Source of the DNA: Leucoraja erinacea
Taxonomy: Eukaryota
Reading direction: 5' to 3'
Assembly (NCBI RefSeq): GCF_028641065.1
Contig: NC_073398.1
Coordinates: forward strand, 28,334,001-28,398,000
DNA: 64,000 nucleotides
Of the stretch, positions 52,747 through 63,977 are shown one piece after another. The first letter of the stretch is position 1. Every line of letters begins with the position of its first letter. The position numbers and the translations under genes are program-made. Under the pieces are notes generated by a model. That model was not told the DNA's origin. It did not search any database and was given only the letters and a program-made list of their open reading frames with translations.

Positions 52747-53613
52747 ACCCATTCATTCTCTCCAGAGATGCTGCCTGTCCTGCTGAGTTACTCCGGCATT
52801 TTGTGTCTACCTTCGATTTAAACCAGCATCTGCAGTTCTTTCCTGCACAGAGGAAAATACATGTTTGGTGGTCAAGTCTTGTTGGAGCTGCTGGAATTGG
52901 CAAAGATGATCCATTGAACAGAGAGACAACTGGGTCCAGGGAACTCTGTTGTGTAGGAAGGAACTGCAGATGCTGGTTTACACCAATGATCGACACAAAA
53001 AGCTGGAGCAACTCAGTAGGTCGGGCAGCATCTCTGGAGAAAAGGAATAGGTGATGTTTCAGATCGAGACCTTTCTGTTCAGACTGCAATATCAATTTGT
53101 CGCTCGCCAATCCCTGAACTGACGACAGAGATCCAGAAGGAGAAGGGGAGTGTCAGATGCTCTAAATTGGAAGCAAAAATGGAAGGTATTTGAGTTGTGC
53201 CTGAGTGCAGGAAGCAGCACTGATATAATCGTCAACGTACTAGAAGATGAGTTGAGGGGTGTGCCAGAGTTGCCCCAAAACAGTGATAGCTTCCTATATC
53301 CCACAAAAAGACCGGCATAGCTTAGCCCATGTGAACTGCACTGTTGATCTGGAGACTATGGTCATGGTCCATTTGTGACAGGTTTGTATCGTGTGAGCAC
53401 TTGTTGCTTATAAAAAGTTGTATTCAAAATAGAAGACTTACACTACTATTACACTTGCAATAAAAAAGGGTCCATCAGATTTTTACAATTCTGTTCCCAA
53501 ATGCAAATTATAAAATTATTTACATTATAATATATCTTGATTTGAAAATGTGGTTTAGCTCAATTCTTAATTGAACACTAACCATTTGTTTTTTTGTGTT
53601 CTGAACATCGTAG

Positions 53614-53763
53614 ATATATCGGAGAATAATACATCCGGTGGCACCGATCCAGCTTCAGAAAGGAAAAAGCTTGTACTCGTACTTCCAGCGCTACTCATTT
53701 TAATTGCAGTTGGAATTTTGCATTGGCAAATGAAAAACAAGAAGAAACCAGATATTGAAGAGA
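53614..53763 (+). CDS. IgV-TM-NACHT-LRR receptor, stalk + transmembrane exon
   Basis: DISENNTSGGTDPASERKK-LVLVLPALLILIAVGILHW-QMKNKKKPDIEE. 150 nt, phase 1/1, A|GTGAGT donor. Confidence 0.88.
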
Positions 53764-53875
53764 GTGAGTAAAATGTTTAGGATTTTGGCCATTAATCACA
53801 CAAACTGAATACCTATTCGAGAATGTGTTCAGAACACTGCATTGGGAATGGATTTCTAGGCACTTTCAGCCATAG

Positions 53876-54088
53876 TGTGGCGGCTCCTAAGGGTCGTCCC
53901 ATTATACTGCCGAACCCCTCGGCACAGGAGTGGTGCAGTCCGGAGGCGGTCCTTAGCCGGAGGGTATAAAAGGCAGGGTTTGGGTGCCATCTTTGCCTGG
54001 TTTCGTCTTCCCCTGAACCGGGAGGAAATAAAGTATAGTGCTTCTCAAACTGCGGACTACTTGTCTCATTTGAGACCCACGCACTACA
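53876..54088 (+). repeat. 5' LTR
   Basis: TGTGG...CTACA, with TATAAA at about 53965 and AATAAA at about 54027. Identical by eye to the 3' LTR. Confidence 0.95.
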
Positions 54089-54089
54089 T

Positions 54090-54104
54090 TGGTGACCCCC
54101 GACG
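54090..54104 (+). promoter_or_regulatory. Primer-binding site, tRNA-Trp type
   Basis: TGGTGACCCCCGACG just after the 5' LTR matches the complement of the tRNA-Trp 3' end (TGGTGACCCCGACG) with one extra C. Confidence 0.85.
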
Positions 54105-54117
54105 CTCCATTGGCATC

Positions 54118-55071
54118 ATGATGGAGACCGAACAAAGCCCTACCTCCTCACACGCCAGCCCGACCCTATCTCTGGACGCGGTCTCCGTGAAACTGCCCAG
54201 CTTCTGGACCACACGGCCGCTCATCTGGTTCCAGCAGGCGGAGGCCCAGTTCAACCTGCGGGGCATCACGGTCGATGCCACCCGCTTCTATTACCTGGTG
54301 GGGGCCCTCGACCAGGATGCGGTGGAAGAAGTATCGGACTTCCTCGCAGCCCCCCCGGACAATGATAAATATCTCGGCCTGAAACAGCTCCTGCTCCAAA
54401 TTTACGGACTAAGTAGGATGGAGCGGGCAGGTAGGATCCTGCATATGGGGGGCCTGGGCGACCGGCGGCCATCTACCCTCCTAAAGGAAATGGTGGCGTT
54501 ATTAGACGGGCACACGCCGTGCCTGTTGTTTGAGTACACTTACCTGCATCTGCTGCCGGCCTACATTCGATTGCAGCTCACCGACGCCTCGTTTGCTGAT
54601 CTTCGGGCCCTCGGGAGGCGCGCCGACGCCATGTGGTTGGCGCGCCCTGATGACGTCAGCGCGCTGGGCGTCAGCAGAGACGAGGTCGCGCTCAGGTCGA
54701 CGCGCCCGGATGACGTCAACGCGCTGGACGTCGGCAGGCACGCCGGTGACGTCAACGCGCTGGCCGTCGGCAGGCACACCGATGACGTCAGCCCAGCAGC
54801 TCCCGATTTCCTCCGGTGGGGCGGGGGAGCTGTGGAAGGAGTGACAGCTCCAGCCCGACGGCCCGCTCGATTACCCCCAGCGGCAGTGAGGGGTACTGCA
54901 CCTGCAGTCCAGCGCCAGCAAGCTGCAGGCACCACCAGCAGGAGCAGGCAAGCTCCAAATAACACAAACAGAAGGTGCTGGTGCTATTTCCATCAGCGCT
55001 GGGGTGCTGCAGCACGACAATGCCGCCAGCCGTGCACGTTTCCGGGAAACGCCTGGGCCGGCTGCCAATAG
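54118..55071 (+). CDS. gag: Gypsy Gag
   Basis: VSVKLPSFW...WFQQAEAQF and a C-terminal CYFHQRWGAAARQCRQPC (Cx2Hx9Cx3C). Slippery GGGAAAC at 55044-55050 before the stop. Confidence 0.9.
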   Translation: MMETEQSPTSSHASPTLSLDAVSVKLPSFWTTRPLIWFQQAEAQFNLRGITVDATRFYYLVGALDQDAVEEVSDFLAAPPDNDKYLGLKQLLLQIYGLSRMERAGRILHMGGLGDRRPSTLLKEMVALLDGHTPCLLFEYTYLHLLPAYIRLQLTDASFADLRALGRRADAMWLARPDDVSALGVSRDEVALRSTRPDDVNALDVGRHAGDVNALAVGRHTDDVSPAAPDFLRWGGGAVEGVTAPARRPARLPPAAVRGTAPAVQRQQAAGTTSRSRQAPNNTNRRCWCYFHQRWGAAARQCRQPCTFPGNAWAGCQ

Positions 55072-58000
55072 TCCCCGCGGTGGCCGGCCAAATTCACCGC
55101 CTTTTCGCTTGGGATCGGCGCTCCGGGACTCGTGGATACAGGTGCGGAGCTCAGCGTCCTGCCCCCTTCGCTGGCCGACATTCGTTCCGGTAAGCGGGGG
55201 CCCGTCCTCACCGCGCCGAACGGCAGCCCCATCCGCACATATGGACTGCGCATGGTTCCCATCGTGCTCGGCTCCTGCCATTTTTCATGGAACTTTACCG
55301 TTGCCGACGTCTCCCAACCATTGCTCGGGGCCGATTTTCTCCGGACGCATTCCCTCATGGTGGACGTCGGGCGTCAGCGTTTGGTCAACGCCACTACAAT
55401 GGAGCCGATCACGTTGCGCTTGGGTCAACCGGTGGGACGGCCACTGGCGTCCGTGGACTCCCGATACGCACAAATCTTGGCTGCGTTCCCGGACATTCTC
55501 ACTCCGCAGTTTCATTCGGCAACCCCCAGCCACGGAGTTGTACATTATATCCCGACTACCGGCCCACCCCTCCATGCACGAGCACGTCGACTGCCACCAG
55601 ATAAACTGCGTCTGGCACGGCGGGAATTCCGCACGATGGAGGCCTTGGGGATCGTCCGCCCTTCGAGCAGCCCTTGGGCGTCCCCACTCCACATGGTCCC
55701 TAAGTCAAGTGGGGGCTGGCGACCTTGTGGGGATTACCGACGGCTGAACGCTGCAACAACAGCGGATCGATACCCCGTACCCCACATCCAGGACTTCACG
55801 GCCCATTTGGCTGGGGCCACATTTTTTTCGAAAGTGGATCTGATGCGGGGTTATAACCAGATCCCGGTTCACCCGGATGACGTACCCAAGACGGCTATCA
55901 TCACGCCATTCGGGCTTTACGAGTTTACTCGGATGCCGTTCGGCCTCAAGAACGCTGCACAGGCCTTTCAGCGCCTCATGGACGGGGTTTGTCGTGACCT
56001 CGAATTCGTATTCGTGTACCTGGACGACATCCTGGTGGCCAGCCGCTCGCAGCAGGAACACTGCGCTCACCTTCGACAGCTCTGTCAGCGGCTCAGCGAG
56101 CATGGTTTGGCCATCAACCTGGACAAGTGCCGTTTTGGGGTCAACGAAATTGACTTTCTCGGCCACCGCGTGACTGCGCAGGGCGCGGTTCCCCTACCTG
56201 ACAGGGTTGACGCCGTCCGTCGGTTTCCCCGCCCACGCACGGTGCGTGGCCTGCAGGAATTTGTCGGCATGGTGGCATTCTACCATCGTTTCGTGCCATC
56301 CGCGGCCCACATCATGCGGCCCCTGTATCAACTTCTGGCGGGTGGGCAGCAGAAGAGCGTTGAGTGGACCCACGAGGCGGAGGCAGCTTTCGACGGCGCG
56401 AAGGAGGCCCTTGCTCGGGCCGTGCTGCTGGTGCACCCGCGGGAAGATGCCCCGACTGCTCTCACTGTGGATGCCTCGGAGTCGGCAGTTGGTGCTGTAC
56501 TGGAGCAGCTGACGGGCGGAGTTTGGCGGCCTCTGGCCTTCTTCAGTCGGCACCTCAACCGCGCGCAGACCAAGTACAGTGCGTTCGATCGTGAGCTCCT
56601 GGCTCTGTACCTGGCTGTGCGCCATTTTCGTTACTTCCTGGAGGGCCGCCCGTTCACCGCCTACACCGACCATAAGCCGCTCACTTTCGCCCTGCAGAAG
56701 GTTTCCGACCCCTGGTCCGCACGTCAGCAGCGGCAGTTGGCTTACATCTCCGAGTACACCACAGCCATCCGCTACGTCAAGGGGAAAGAGAACCGGGTGG
56801 CCGACGCATTGTCCCGCCCTGCTATAAATGCCGTGTTCGAGGTGGCGCCCGGATTGGACTATTCTGCTCTGGCGGCGGCACAGCTCACGGACGACGAGGT
56901 ACCCACCTACCGGACTGCCATCTCCGGACTCCGTCTTGAGGATGTCCCTCTCGGTCCTGGGGGTATGACAATCCTGTGCGATGTGTCGTCCGGTCAGCCG
57001 CGCCCCATCGTCCCTGCCACCTGGCGCCGGAGAGTGTTCGAGGTCATCCACGGACTGGCTCACCCATCAATCCGGGCGACAACGGCACTGGTGGCAGCTC
57101 GCTTCATGTGGCACGGTCTGCGCAAGCAAGTTGCCCATTGGGCTCGCACCTGCATCCCGTGCCAGACAGCAAAGATCCAGCGCCATGTCCGCGCACCTCT
57201 CCAGGAGTTCGGTCTACCTCACCGGCGGTTCGACCATCTCCACGTGGACATTGTGGGGCCCCTTCCACCGTCCCGGGGCATCACCCACCTTTTGACCATG
57301 GTGGACCGCTTCACGCGGTGGCCGGAGGCCATTCCGTTGGCTGACACCTCATCGGCTACGTGTGCTCGTGCGTTGTCCGCGCACTGGATTGCTCGCTTCG
57401 GGGTGCCGGCGCACATCTCCTCCGACCGGGGGCCACAGTTCACCTCCGAGCTGTGGTCAGCCATGGCTCGCTTGCTGGGGGTGCAGCTGCACCACACCAC
57501 GGCTGACCACCCCCGCAGGCTAACGGTCTGGTGGAGAGGTTCCACCGGCAGCTGAAGGCGGCATTGAAGGCACGGCTCACCGGCCCGGACTGGATGGACG
57601 AGTTGCCGTGGGTCATGCTGGGCATCCGGACCGCTCCCAAAGAGGACTTGGCCTCATCATCGGCGGAGCTGGTTTACGGGTCGACACTCACAGTGCCCGG
57701 GGAGTTCGTGCCGTCGGCGCCGGAGCAGCAGGAAACGCCCTCCTCCACCCTTCAACGCCTTCGTGAGCGAGTTGGCAGGCTCGCACCCGTCCCGACATCC
57801 CGCCATGGGTCATTTCGCCCACACGTGCCAATGGCCCTCACGGACTGCCCATACGTCTTCCTGCGCCGTGATGCCCACCGGACGCCACTTCAGAGGCCGT
57901 ACGAGGGCCCGTTCCGGGTGCTGGAACACGGGCAGTCGACTTTTGTCCTGGACATGGGGGGCCGGCCGGAGGCCGTGTCGATTGCCCGTTTAAAGCCGGC

Positions 58001-58200
58001 GCACCTGGACATTGACCAGCCGGTGCTGGTTGCTCAACCTCGGCCCCGAGGGCGTCCCCCCTCACGACTCCCTCCACCTGTCACTCCACCTGTCCCTCCA
58101 CCTACCTACGCCCCCGCAAGCCCCGGGATCTGCTGTCTTCCGCACGCGGGCCGGCCGGGTCGTGCGCCCGCCGGTGCGTTTTGTGCCTCTGGTTCTGGGG
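55044..58200 (+). pseudogene. pol: Gypsy Pol (protease, RT, RNase H, integrase) with frameshifts
   Basis: DTGA protease, YLDD RT, DAS/ELLA/TDH RNase H, HHCC, DDE and GPF integrase motifs. Frame breaks near 55130 and 57510. Confidence 0.9.
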
Positions 58201-58208
58201 GGGGGTCC

Positions 58209-58421
58209 TGTGGCGGCTCCTAAGGGTCGTCCCATTATACTGCCGAACCCCTCGGCACAGGAGTGGTGCAGTCCGGAGGCGGTCCTTAGCCGGAGGGTAT
58301 AAAAGGCAGGGTTTGGGTGCCATCTTTGCCTGGTTTCGTCTTCCCCTGAACCGGGAGGAAATAAAGTATAGTGCTTCTCAAACTGCGGACTACTTGTCTC
58401 ATTTGAGACCCACGCACTACA
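58209..58421 (+). repeat. 3' LTR
   Basis: Copy of 53876-54088, followed by the TSD ATAG. Confidence 0.95.
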
Positions 58422-58487
58422 ATAGTGTATATGACATCCTTTGAGAGGAACATGTTCTAACATGTGGTTTATTCTATTTCTTTTTAG

Positions 58488-58517
58488 TGATTCATTTACT
58501 GGAAGACAATATAAAAG
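58488..58517 (+). CDS. IgV-TM-NACHT-LRR receptor, 30-nt cytoplasmic micro-exon
   Basis: Strong acceptor TTCTATTTCTTTTTAG and donor AAG|GTAAAG. Phase 1/1, encodes MIHLLEDNIK. Confidence 0.7.
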
Positions 58518-58564
58518 GTAAAGAACCAACCTCCGTTGAGATTTTCTTAAGTTATGCAGACTTA

Positions 58565-58997
58565 CCTACGTAGAGCTGGCCGGCTTCGGGGCGTGGAGAG
58601 CGGCGGTGGCACGTTGATGCGACCCGGCTCCGGTGGATGGTAACACCAGGAGCTCGCGGATCCCCGGTGGGAGACTGCTTTGCGGGGCACCGGCAGCGGT
58701 GACTTCTCCAGCCCGAATTGCGGCCTTAATTTGCCCTACAACGCCCGGCGCGGCCTTAATTTGCCGCGGACTAGCGTCCGCCGGGGGCTTTGACCTCGAC
58801 TTCGGGAGGGAAATGGAGTGCAGGGGAGAGACAAGAACTTTGCCTTCCATCATAGTGAGGAGGAGAGCCACTGTGATGGATGTTTATGTGAATAGTGTTG
58901 GTGTGTGTTTTGGTTCTTTTATTGTATTGTATGGCTGCAGAAACTACATTTCGTTTGAACCTCATGTGAGGTTCAAATGACAAATAAAGGTATTGTA
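58565..58997 (+). mobile_element. GC-rich non-autonomous retroelement in an NLR intron
   Basis: Reverse-complement similarity to 5330-5520. Ends in AATAAAGG plus a (TATTG)n tail. Confidence 0.6.
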
Positions 58998-60187
58998 TAT
59001 TGTATATAGTTTCTGCCCACAATAGTAGAAGTGGTCTCCTTGTCCACTACTGGAATCTGCCATGGAATTAATCTTCAGAAGGGTGTGAAATAATTGTTTT
59101 TAGAATGTGGTCGTTGAATGAATAAAATAATTGAATATGAATTTTGAAAGAAAGAACATACAAAATATATATAAAATCCAGACCTGTTTGAGCAAAGTAT
59201 CTTAACAAGAAATTAATTTTATTCTTTTCAGGAAGCCCATCCAGTCTCACAGCTCATTCAGCAGCTTGACCTTTTAAGCCACATCAGGCTAGAATGGCAG
59301 ATAACTGAAATTATTGATGCAGATGGAATTTGACGGCAGTCTTGTCACTTCCTCATCACCTTTACTGAGATTGTTTGAATCTTCAATTCCACAGCTGCTG
59401 TGGTGGGATTTAGGCTGATGTCACTTGATCAATGGTCCAAGCCTGTAGATATTAATCACTATGCCAGCATACTCCACTGCTTGCCCTACTCCTCTCTGTA
59501 CAGCCTCATAGTGAACCTTGACACCATTGGTTCAATCAGTGTCCCTCACCCCTTGGTCTGGTGTAATCATACAGTGACCAACGTAGAGTCCCACCAGTAT
59601 GTCCTGAATGGTACCGTAGTGTTGGGTGCAAGGATAGTCCCTTGTTTCTCACTCCGTTTTGCTGCCCTCCAAATCATGGATCCATTCTACAATGGAGTTG
59701 CATGCTGGAAGATTATAATCTAGCCATTGAGTATTATTTGGCAGGAGCATCGTCATTCTGCATCATCCCCAAGCACCCAGGAATCCAAGGTTCACCTTCA
59801 AACTGTATCAGATTTTATTATGTGAAATATTTTCATAATGTGGATATTTTGAACTGTGTAACAAAGTGCCAACCAAAAGCTGGTGTAGATGATGAATGGA
59901 AAATCTGCAAGATTTTAATACCTGTGTCAGCAGGGCATACTGACCAACAGTTGGCAAATGGAATAGTATAGGTGGTTACTTGATGTTTGGCATGGACAAG
60001 GTGGGCTGAAGGGGCTGTTTCTGTGCTGCATAACTCTGACAACTTAAACCTGAAGCGATGTGGGAATTCTTAAAGGGGATCAGCAACTTGATGGATATCT
60101 GATGCTCACAGTTCTCACATTTTGTTAATCCATGATAATAAAATACTTGCTCGTTCTGAGAAATGTGTTTTTTTTTCTTTTCTTCAG

Positions 60188-61892
60188 ATGCCATTCTGAA
60201 TTATAAAGAGTACATCTTGAAAGATAAAATGCATTTATGTTGTTCATTAACACAACGGCGATTCGAAAACTATCCGCTTGCCAGAACCATCAATATTACC
60301 AACCCGAAGGAACAAGACCTAGATGGTGATCTTATCAGGAGCGATGACTCAAATATTGCACAAGAAGTACAAATTTCACAACTGCTGTCATTGCTTCGGG
60401 AAGAAAACTTCTCAAAGCGAGTCCTGCTGGTAGGTGATGCAGGAGTAGGGAAGAGTTGGACTGTTGTCAGCATGGAGCAAGAGTGGGCATCTCAACCAAC
60501 CCACCCCTTGAGGTGCGTCTTTGTTCTCAGATTCCGTGACTTGAATGAGGTTAAAGGAAAGACATCTCTCCGGGATCTGCTGAAGAAGCATTGCACACCT
60601 TTGTCATCAGTCCTAACAGAACTCCTCTCGAACCCTCAAGATGTGTTGATCATTTTGGACGGGCTGGATGAATTCGCCCATCAGTTGCAATGGAATCCAT
60701 CAGGTTGTGATTTCAACCTGGATAGTGAGGCTGAAGTAGGTGTTCTTGTTTCCAAACTAATATCCAAGAACCTCCTTCGAGAAGCCCAGGTGTTGGTTAC
60801 CTCCCGGTGGAATACCAAGCAGATAGAATTTAACAAGAAGTACTTTGATCAGCTTTTTGTTATCTCTGGCTTTACCAATGATCAGCTGAAAAGATATTGC
60901 GAGGTGTTTTGTGGAGAGAAGCAAAAGGCGGAAGAAATGTTTCAACGCATTACAGAGAATGCAACCATCAAATGTCTGGCTTCCAATCCCCTCAACAGCT
61001 TCATTCTGTGCAATATTTTGGACAAGTGTACCAGCTCTCAAGCAAATGTACCAGTGACAAATAGCAAAGTGTTTACATTGTTGCTGTACAGTCTGTGTAA
61101 CTGCAGCACGAGTAAAGAAACAGACGCTGAGAATAAGAGTGAAGAGGAGAAGCAATTGTTTAAAGACACCATCCTGAAACTGGGAGAACTATCCTTCAAC
61201 TCTCTGCTATCAGGGAAACTTAAAATAAATGTGACTGATCTGAAGACCTATGGAATAGATCCAGACATCCTTTCAAAATATCTCTCAAATCTTGTGCTGG
61301 ACTGTAAATGCCAAGGAGTCTTTGAGTTCCACCATGCAGTGCTGAAGGAACAATTTGCAGCTTTGTATTGTGCTACTTTACTCAACAATGAAGCTGAAGA
61401 GTTGGTCAAGTGTCTGGATCTGTGGTGCTTTGGGAAAATGCCACTAAATCAAATGAGCCAATTTTATTTGCAATCTTTTCAACCTGACCACACAGAGAAA
61501 CTGTACAATTTTCTGAGGTTTCTCACTGGCTTCTTAACCGCAGGAAGAGATGGCAAGTTGTGGAACTATACAACTCCTCTCCCTCCTTCTACAGCCATAG
61601 CTCTCACAACATGGTTCAAAAACAGCTTTCAGCGAGACATTAAGAAGGCAGAATTGCTGAATTTGATGCACTGTCTCTTTGAACTGAATGATGCCACTGT
61701 AACGGCAGAAGTATCTCCTTGCATCCGAGATGTGGGTTTTCACAACGTTTCTCTGAGCCCGCTCGATCTGCGTGCTTTGTGCTACTGTCTCAATCATTCC
61801 ACCGTGGAGGAGATGGATTTGAGGCACTGTAGCATTGGTGATAAAGGAATAAAGCAGCTCCAAGAAATACTAGTCAAGTGCAGAACTCTTTT
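60188..61892 (+). CDS. NLR (NLRC3-like) NACHT exon with HD1/WH/HD2 and first LRRs
   Basis: Walker A GDAGVGKS (60433-60456), Walker B LIILDGLDE (60646-60672), sensor-1 VLVTSR, FEFHHAVLKEQFAALY, FLRFLTG, LNLMHCLFEL, then MDLRHCSIGDKGIKQL. Acceptor TTTTCTTCAG (phase 1), donor TT|GTGAGT (phase 2). Confidence 0.96.
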
Positions 61893-63795
61893 GTGAGTAA
61901 TGATTTTCAAAAGAATATTAAGCTCCAGTTGCACTAATCTACCTTCTTGCATGCACAATGTTTGTTGACATGTTTTATACTTTTGTCACATTTTATGCCC
62001 TACATGTCCTGATTTATTCTAGCCCAGCTAATATTTGTGCCTGAAAGTTGTAATGAAATATATACAAATGGAGATACTACTCTTCAAGACTAGAATGGAA
62101 ACAATGTGTGCAATTATCTCCCTCAACTACATTGTTCTATGGTAACCCCACCCTCCTCCAATGTTGCCCTGTGGAGCTGCGATGAATCACAGAGCTGCAT
62201 TGTAATAACCACAAGGGCAGAGATTTAATTCTATGCATTCATTCTAGTTGTTGCTCTTATGAACACACTTGCATTGATCACTATAAAAAGACTTGGGGGC
62301 GGTTTGCTTTATCTGCAAATACACCTGTTGGGGGTTTGACCTTTCTGTAAATCTTGCCCCACCCCATTTCCAACGCAGCAGTGTCAATGGACAGGTATTC
62401 ATAAATCTAGAGGAACAGCATCTCCTATCTCACCTGGGTGGTCTACAACCTAATGGTATGAACATCAAATTCATGTAACCCCTCTGTCTATTTGTTGTCT
62501 CATGATACACCTAGATTATCTGTATGTCACTGTATGTCATGTTGTTACTTGTGGGTGGAGCACCTAGGCTAATTCCTTGTATGTGAATACTTGGCCAATA
62601 AACTTACTAACTTACTTACTTGTCTCATATGCCCCTTCTTTTCAAACCCAACCCCTCTTTCAGTTTCTGTAATCACCCTACCCCATCCCAAATGATTCCA
62701 TCTGTGTATCACTTGCACATTACACCCACTTGATTTCCCAATTCCCTCCACTGTTCCCCTTTTGCCCACTATCCCACCCTAATGTGGTTCCACTCACCAT
62801 TATCCTTTCTTATCAGATTCTATAATCTACCCATGTACCCATGTACCCATTATCACCTCCTCAGCTTCAGGTTCATCTCAGCATTCCTCATCTGGGCCCA
62901 CCTATTACTTAAGGACACAAAGTGCTGGGGCAACTCAGCGGGTCAGGCATCATCTTTGGAGAACACGGATCACTGACGTTTCAGTTCGGGACCCCACTAC
63001 AGACTGATCATTAGTTTGAAGAAGAATCCTGATATGAAACATAATCTATTACGTTCTCCAGAGATGCTGCCTGGCCTGCTGAGTTACTACAGCATTTTGT
63101 GTTCTTTTGTGTAAATCGGCATCTACAGTTCCTTGTTTCCTCTTTTACTGTACCACTCTACTGCTTTTTTTTAAATTGCTGCTTTTTTCCCTTTTTCCTT
63201 CCGCCCACAATATCTAAAAGAATATGTGATTCTGTTCCATTCTGTTTGTAGTTTGTTTGTTTGTTTGTCTTTTTGCACAAAGTCCGCGAGCATTGCCACT
63301 TTCCATTTCACTGCACATCTCGTATGTGTATGTGACGAATAAACTTGACTTGACTTGACTTTATGCTCTAAATCCTCGACCGCAAACATCGACTGTCTGT
63401 CTGCCGCCACCGATGCTGCTTAACCCGCTGAGTTCCTCCACTAGTTCGTTTTTGCTCCAGATTCCTGCGTTTGCTGTCTCTTGTATATCCAAATATCCAA
63501 ACATTGATTATTATCAACAAGGTTGAATTGATTTTGTGTATTAGAAAGTGCTCAAGCAGAAACAAAGGATCTCTTAAACTATGTAATTACCTGAAGTCAT
63601 TTTAAGCCCCATTTGCACTATCGTTCAAAAATCATTGCCCAGACACATGTGTTAGACCAAGGTTAGACTCTGCTCTCCCAGCAGTGCCACAATTGTTTAT
63701 TTTGCAGCTACCTTTGCAGGCAGCAGTTTGTGAGGATTGTGTTCTGTCCCCAGGCACTCGGGTCTCTAATTGTTTTCAACGTCTTGTGTTTCCAG

Positions 63796-63882
63796 GGTAA
63801 GCTCCAACAAACTGACTGTAAAGTCAGCAAAGAGTTTGAATGCCGTCCTTGAAGACCCAAAGTGCAGGATTGAGACATTATC
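63796..63882 (+). CDS. NLR single-repeat LRR exon
   Basis: 87 nt, phase 2/2, (L)VSSNKLTVKSAKSLNAVLEDPKCRIETL, a ribonuclease-inhibitor-type LRR. Confidence 0.88.
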
Positions 63883-63977
63883 GTGAGATTTTTCATCACA
63901 TAAATCCTCTTGTAAAATTCTCCAAGTTTCTATAGAGCTTCTAATCGCTGACATTTGCCATTTGGTTCCGTTTTCAG

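Larger units (their letters stand above)
53876..58421 (+). mobile_element. Full-length Ty3/Gypsy LTR retrotransposon, CsRn1-like clade
   Basis: Two 213-bp TG...CA LTRs (53876-54088, 58209-58421), 4-bp TSD ATAG, tRNA-Trp-like PBS, G-rich PPT at 58197-58205, gag with a CHCC knuckle, pol order PR-RT-RH-IN. Confidence 0.97.

Noticed and set aside
54090-54104. tRNA-Trp gene
   Set aside because: Only the complement of the tRNA 3' end is present, so it is a primer-binding site.
53875-54117. N-terminal extension of Gag in the ORF track
   Set aside because: It starts at a GTG at the LTR edge and merely reads through the LTR. The likely start is the ATG at 54118, after the PBS.
28377-63100. CRISPR-like or regularly spaced repeat array
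   Set aside because: The recurring 28-90 bp motifs are irregularly dispersed, in both orientations, and belong to Penelope-derived repeats in a vertebrate genome.
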